A stretch of 27,289 nt of DNA, taken from a virus (Duplodnaviria > Caudoviricetes). The stretch covers positions 1 through 27,289 of IMG/VR virus record IMGVR_UViG_3300036793_000103. One strand, 5' to 3'. Positions 23,945 through 27,289 of this stretch are shown here, piece after piece; within the stretch, counting starts at the first letter, position 1, and each line of letters opens with the position of its first letter. A program made the position numbers and the translations under genes. The notes under the pieces are model-generated. The model saw only the letters and a list, made by a program, of their open reading frames with translations. It did not search any database and had not been told where the DNA came from.

Positions 23945-23968
23945 CCCGGAATCCGAGAGGAGGACGGC

Positions 23969-24898
23969 ATGACCTTCGGCAGAGTAGTCATCGATGCGCC
24001 ACCCCTGGTGCCGCGCGCTCTCAGCCTCGTCACCGCCGGGATCGACGCGCTGCACCCCACCGACCCCACCAACGGCGAATGGGTCCGCGGCTTCACCTAC
24101 GCCCCGGAGAACTCCGGCCAAGAGGGCGAAGTGCGGGCCATGTGCGATATCAGCACCGCTGACCCGAACTCCTGGACCAACGAGGCGGTCGTGTCCTACG
24201 ACCCGTACTCGATCATGGCCGCCGACAAATGCTCGTCGTTCGGTTTCCTGGCCCGCGACTATGTGGGCCGGGCGTTGCGGCTGCTGGACTACGTCACCCC
24301 CAACCAGCTCGAGCTCGAGCTGTGGACGGGAACGCTGGCGCAGGCCAAGGGCCTACCCAACCGGTATCTGACCGACGGCAACGTCGTGGACGTCACCCCC
24401 GTCACCGGCACGGCGGTGTCCCGGATTCGGGGCACCGAACTGCTCGAGCAGGCGATGGCGAACTGCGGCGCCGGCCAGCAGGCCTACATCCACATGCAGC
24501 CGGAGAACGCCGGCCAGCTCGGCCAGTTCACCCGGCGGGTCGGCAACCTCATGCTGTCCCCGATCGACTCCGTCATCGTGCCCGGCGTCGGGTATCCCGG
24601 CACCGGCCCCGGCGGATCCACCCCCGTCACCGGCACCACGTGGATGTATGCGACCGGTCCGGTCCGGGTGCGTCTCGGCGACCCGATCATCTACCCGGAC
24701 GGGCACGAAGACTCCGTCATGCAGATCGGCCGGGACGAATCCGGCAACTACAACATCGATCCGATCGTGGCCCGGGAAATCCTGGGATCCACCATCGACC
24801 GGGCCAAAAACACGATCACCATCCGCGCGCAACGCCCCGCCGCGGCCACCTTCGACGGCCCCTGTCAGTACGCCGTCCTGGTCAACTTCGACAGCTAG
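23969..24898 (+). CDS. Second capsid protein (major capsid pentamer protein, cluster-B-like)
   Basis: GAGGAGG RBS; W..G..Y, PY.I.A...CS, LE.ELW.G, LEQA, G.GY.G.GP, W.YATGPV.V motifs; directly after the hexamer gene. Confidence 0.7.
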   Translation: MTFGRVVIDAPPLVPRALSLVTAGIDALHPTDPTNGEWVRGFTYAPENSGQEGEVRAMCDISTADPNSWTNEAVVSYDPYSIMAADKCSSFGFLARDYVGRALRLLDYVTPNQLELELWTGTLAQAKGLPNRYLTDGNVVDVTPVTGTAVSRIRGTELLEQAMANCGAGQQAYIHMQPENAGQLGQFTRRVGNLMLSPIDSVIVPGVGYPGTGPGGSTPVTGTTWMYATGPVRVRLGDPIIYPDGHEDSVMQIGRDESGNYNIDPIVAREILGSTIDRAKNTITIRAQRPAAATFDGPCQYAVLVNFDS

Positions 24899-24906
24899 GA
24901 CATCTG

Positions 24907-25893
24907 ATGGCACTCTCCACCTCCTCAGCGGCCCTCGAGGCTGTTGCGATGCGGGTCACCCAGTTGAACCCGGACGGCAGCATCTCCTCGGGCAACCAGT
25001 ACTACGTCACCAACTCGTTCACCAAGATCGCGCCGTCGCCGCAGATCGAATCCGGCGACGACATCGTCCTGAAGAACGCGGCCGGCGACATCTGCGTCGC
25101 CTACAAGCACGGCGACATGACGACCCGGCTCAACATGGAAATCGACCTGTGCAGCCCCGACGAGATCCTGGAGCAGTTCCTGGCCGGCGGCCAGCTGCTC
25201 ACGGACATCTCGGCCGCACTGGTCGCCCCGTCCGCCGTGTCGGCGACCGTCTCCGCCAGCGGCGGCGCGCTCGCGGCCGGCGCCTACCAGTGGGGGGTCA
25301 CCACGGTCGGCCGGTACGGCGAGACCGTCATCTCCACCCTGTCCACCTCGGTCACCGCGACCGGCGCCGTGTCCTCCGCGGTCGTCACCTGGACCGCCCC
25401 GGCGTCCGGAACGGTCGTCGGCTACAACATCTACCGCAAGTCCGGGGCGACCCCGGGCGTGCTGGTGGGCAGCGTGAAGGCCGGCACCACCACCTTCACC
25501 GACATCGGCTCCGCGCCGATCGGTGGCGGCTCCCCGGCCTCCAACTCCACCGCCGGCCCGGGCACCGTCGGCTACGCCGCACCCGATGTCTACATCGTCG
25601 GCGCACCGAACGGCGTGAGCCTCGAGGTGTGGACGAAGAACATCGTCAACGGCAACCCGAACGGCTTCCGCCGCTGGGTGTACCCGTGGGTCCGGAACCT
25701 CATCCGGGATGCCTACACCCTGGACAACAACCCGGTCGACAACATCTTCAAGGGCGAGGGTTACCCCAACCCGAACTTCGGCACCGGCCCGGTCGGCGAC
25801 TGGCCGGCCGGGTTCGGCGGTAACAAGGTGTTCCTCCGGGCGCTGGAGTCCACTCCGCCGGCCGCCACCAACGGCCCCGTCACGATTCCGTAA
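24907..25893 (+). CDS. Major tail tube protein with internal FN3/Ig-like insert
   Basis: TAGGA RBS; MRVTQL..DG, E.GD.I..KNA.G.IC, IDLC..D, SLEVW, W.YPW cluster-B-like tube motifs. Confidence 0.78.
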   Translation: MALSTSSAALEAVAMRVTQLNPDGSISSGNQYYVTNSFTKIAPSPQIESGDDIVLKNAAGDICVAYKHGDMTTRLNMEIDLCSPDEILEQFLAGGQLLTDISAALVAPSAVSATVSASGGALAAGAYQWGVTTVGRYGETVISTLSTSVTATGAVSSAVVTWTAPASGTVVGYNIYRKSGATPGVLVGSVKAGTTTFTDIGSAPIGGGSPASNSTAGPGTVGYAAPDVYIVGAPNGVSLEVWTKNIVNGNPNGFRRWVYPWVRNLIRDAYTLDNNPVDNIFKGEGYPNPNFGTGPVGDWPAGFGGNKVFLRALESTPPAATNGPVTIP

Positions 25894-25897
25894 CTCG

Positions 25898-26743
25898 ATG
25901 ACACAGCCCGGCCTCACCGGCTTGTGCGCGCCCTGGATCACCGGGGCCGACGTGGTCACGAGGCCGAGCTGCGCCGCCCTCGACCCGGGCATTCTGGAGT
26001 CCTCGGCGGAGATCGCGTCGGAGATCGTGTACGCCCTGTCCGGGCGGCAGTTCAACGGCGGCCGCTGCACCGCGACGGTCCGGCCGGTCGCCACCCCGCA
26101 GGGCCTGCGGATCTGGGGCCTCGTCGGGGCGGGGTTCTACTCGGCGCCGTATGGCCTCGCGTCCGGCAACTCGCTGATGGCCGGCGTCCCCGGGCAGTGG
26201 GGGTGGCTCGACTCGCACGCCACCAACCCGAAGCCGGCGCACGTCGACCTCGGCGTCTACCCGGTCACCTCGATCACGCAGGTACTCATCGACGGCGTGG
26301 TCATTCCGGCCGATGAGTACCGGCTGGACAACAACCGGACCCTGACCCGGATGCTCCCGACCGCGGATGCGCAGGCCACCGAGGTGTACGGCTGGCCCTA
26401 CACGCAGCGGATCGACCTGCCGGCCACGGAGCCGGGGACGTTCGAGGTGCAGTTCACCTACGGCGTCGCCCCGTCCAACGGTGGCATTCAAGCCGCGGCG
26501 GTGCTGGCGCAGCAGATCGCGCTCGCCGCGGCCGGGCAGACCCACCGACTCCCCAGCCGGGTCACGACCGTGCAGCGGCAGGGCATCTCCGCCGTCGTCA
26601 TGGACACCGGCGACATCATCGAGAACGGCCGCACCGGACTGGCCGAGGTCGACCTGTGGGTCAAAGCCGTCAACCCGGCCAAACTGGTCCGCCGCTCCCA
26701 GGTCTGGTCGCCCGATCTGGGCCGTGCCCGGCGGATGGGCTGA
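25898..26743 (+). CDS. Head-to-tail adaptor
   Basis: ASE..YALSGRQF.G.C..TVRP, V.IDG, YRLD, GWP..Q, YG..P..G..AA..LA, RLP.RVT.V.RQG, TGL.EVD.W..AVNP. Confidence 0.75.
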   Translation: MTQPGLTGLCAPWITGADVVTRPSCAALDPGILESSAEIASEIVYALSGRQFNGGRCTATVRPVATPQGLRIWGLVGAGFYSAPYGLASGNSLMAGVPGQWGWLDSHATNPKPAHVDLGVYPVTSITQVLIDGVVIPADEYRLDNNRTLTRMLPTADAQATEVYGWPYTQRIDLPATEPGTFEVQFTYGVAPSNGGIQAAAVLAQQIALAAAGQTHRLPSRVTTVQRQGISAVVMDTGDIIENGRTGLAEVDLWVKAVNPAKLVRRSQVWSPDLGRARRMG

Positions 26744-27282
26744 TGGGCAGCTACCCGCAGCAGATCCTGTTCCTGTGCCAGCGGACGCTGCAGGCCGTCC
26801 AGCGCGGCTTCGCCGCCGACGCCGTGACGTTGCCGACCCGGCAGCTGGTCATGGGCGGCACGCAGATCGTCGTCGACCCCGACAACCCCGACGCGCCCGA
26901 GCCGGGCCTGCTGGCCGTGGCGCTGGTGAACATCGGTCAGGGCAAGCCGGGCAACCCGCAGTCGTCCGAGCAGATCCCGCCGCTGGTATGGCGGTACGCG
27001 ACCCTGCAGATCGAACTGTGGCGGCCCGCGTCCGGCCTGGAAATGCAGGCCCAACTGCCCACCGATGAGGAGATCACGGCGGACGCCGTCACATTCCTCA
27101 CCGACGCCTCGGTGTTGCTCGGAGCCCTGGAAACCGACCGGGCCAATTCGACCTTCACCACCCCGGGGATCGTCAGCCCGCACACCCCGTTCGCGATCAA
27201 CTTCATTCGCCCCGCCCCCATCACCGGCGGCACCGGCGGCACCGTCGCGCAGATCACCGTCGCCCTCACCGGGGACCCGTGA
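26743..27282 (+). CDS. Putative tail completion/terminator-like structural protein
   Basis: TGATG overlap; position after the adaptor; G.L.V, ....L.R, GG.GG C-terminal pattern. Confidence 0.55.
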   Translation: MGSYPQQILFLCQRTLQAVQRGFAADAVTLPTRQLVMGGTQIVVDPDNPDAPEPGLLAVALVNIGQGKPGNPQSSEQIPPLVWRYATLQIELWRPASGLEMQAQLPTDEEITADAVTFLTDASVLLGALETDRANSTFTTPGIVSPHTPFAINFIRPAPITGGTGGTVAQITVALTGDP

Positions 27283-27289
27283 TGGAAGT

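Larger units (their letters stand above)
1..27289. mobile_element. Actinobacteriophage or prophage genome segment (siphovirus-type, cluster-B-like head-tail module)
   Basis: terS-terL-portal-protease-capsid-tail-adaptor synteny, dense small coupled ORFs, high GC, actinobacterial SOS box. Confidence 0.95.

Noticed and set aside
417-26742. Long N-terminal extensions in the ORF track (e.g. starts 417, 1168, 10954, 12478, 13152, 18967, 24229, 25709)
   Set aside because: They overlap upstream genes; later starts have an RBS or stop/start overlaps and begin the recognisable domain
11026-27269. Many long alternative-frame and antisense ORFs (e.g. 17311-18873 -, 24925-26094 -, 11594-12448 -, 20569-21351 +, 15240-16058 -)
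   Set aside because: They fully overlap well-supported genes, have Arg/Pro/Gly-rich shadow composition typical of high-GC DNA, and show no RBS or motifs
1-27289. Stop-codon reassignment or programmed frameshift
   Set aside because: Genes tile densely under the standard code with TGA, TAG and TAA all used as stops; the tail-chaperone frameshift region lies beyond the window
27282-27289. Start of the next gene (TGATG overlap)
   Set aside because: Only 8 bases are visible, so no product can be called

Overview
High-GC tailed actinobacteriophage or prophage segment, almost all + strand, covering the end of the early/middle accessory region and the start of the virion-assembly operon. 1-1731 holds a DNA methyltransferase (5'-truncated), a Cys-rich protein, a HIT hydrolase and DUF4326. 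1762-8460 is a block of about 23 small, mostly translationally coupled accessory genes (T5orf172-like, DUF6221-like, DUF2493/SLOG, HicB-like, several Zn-binding mini-proteins). It is bracketed by two leftward small DNA-binding genes, one with palindromic operators and one with an actinobacterial LexA/SOS box. Many gene junctions in this block are near-identical 20-24 bp direct repeats carrying RBS, start and stop, which suggests a cassette-shuffling array. 8485-10030 has a Zn-ribbon/HTH putative late regulator, a candidate promoter and a terminator. 11113-27289 has terS, terL, a membrane-gene insert, DUF1360, a GT-B glycosyltransferase, a portal-MuF-like fusion, an O-methyltransferase, a GT2 glycosyltransferase, a two-domain maturation protease, an antisense HNH endonuclease, cluster-B-like hexamer and pentamer capsid proteins, a tail tube with an internal FN3/Ig-like insert, an adaptor and a tail-completion gene. 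All family calls come from motif recognition by eye; no database search was run.
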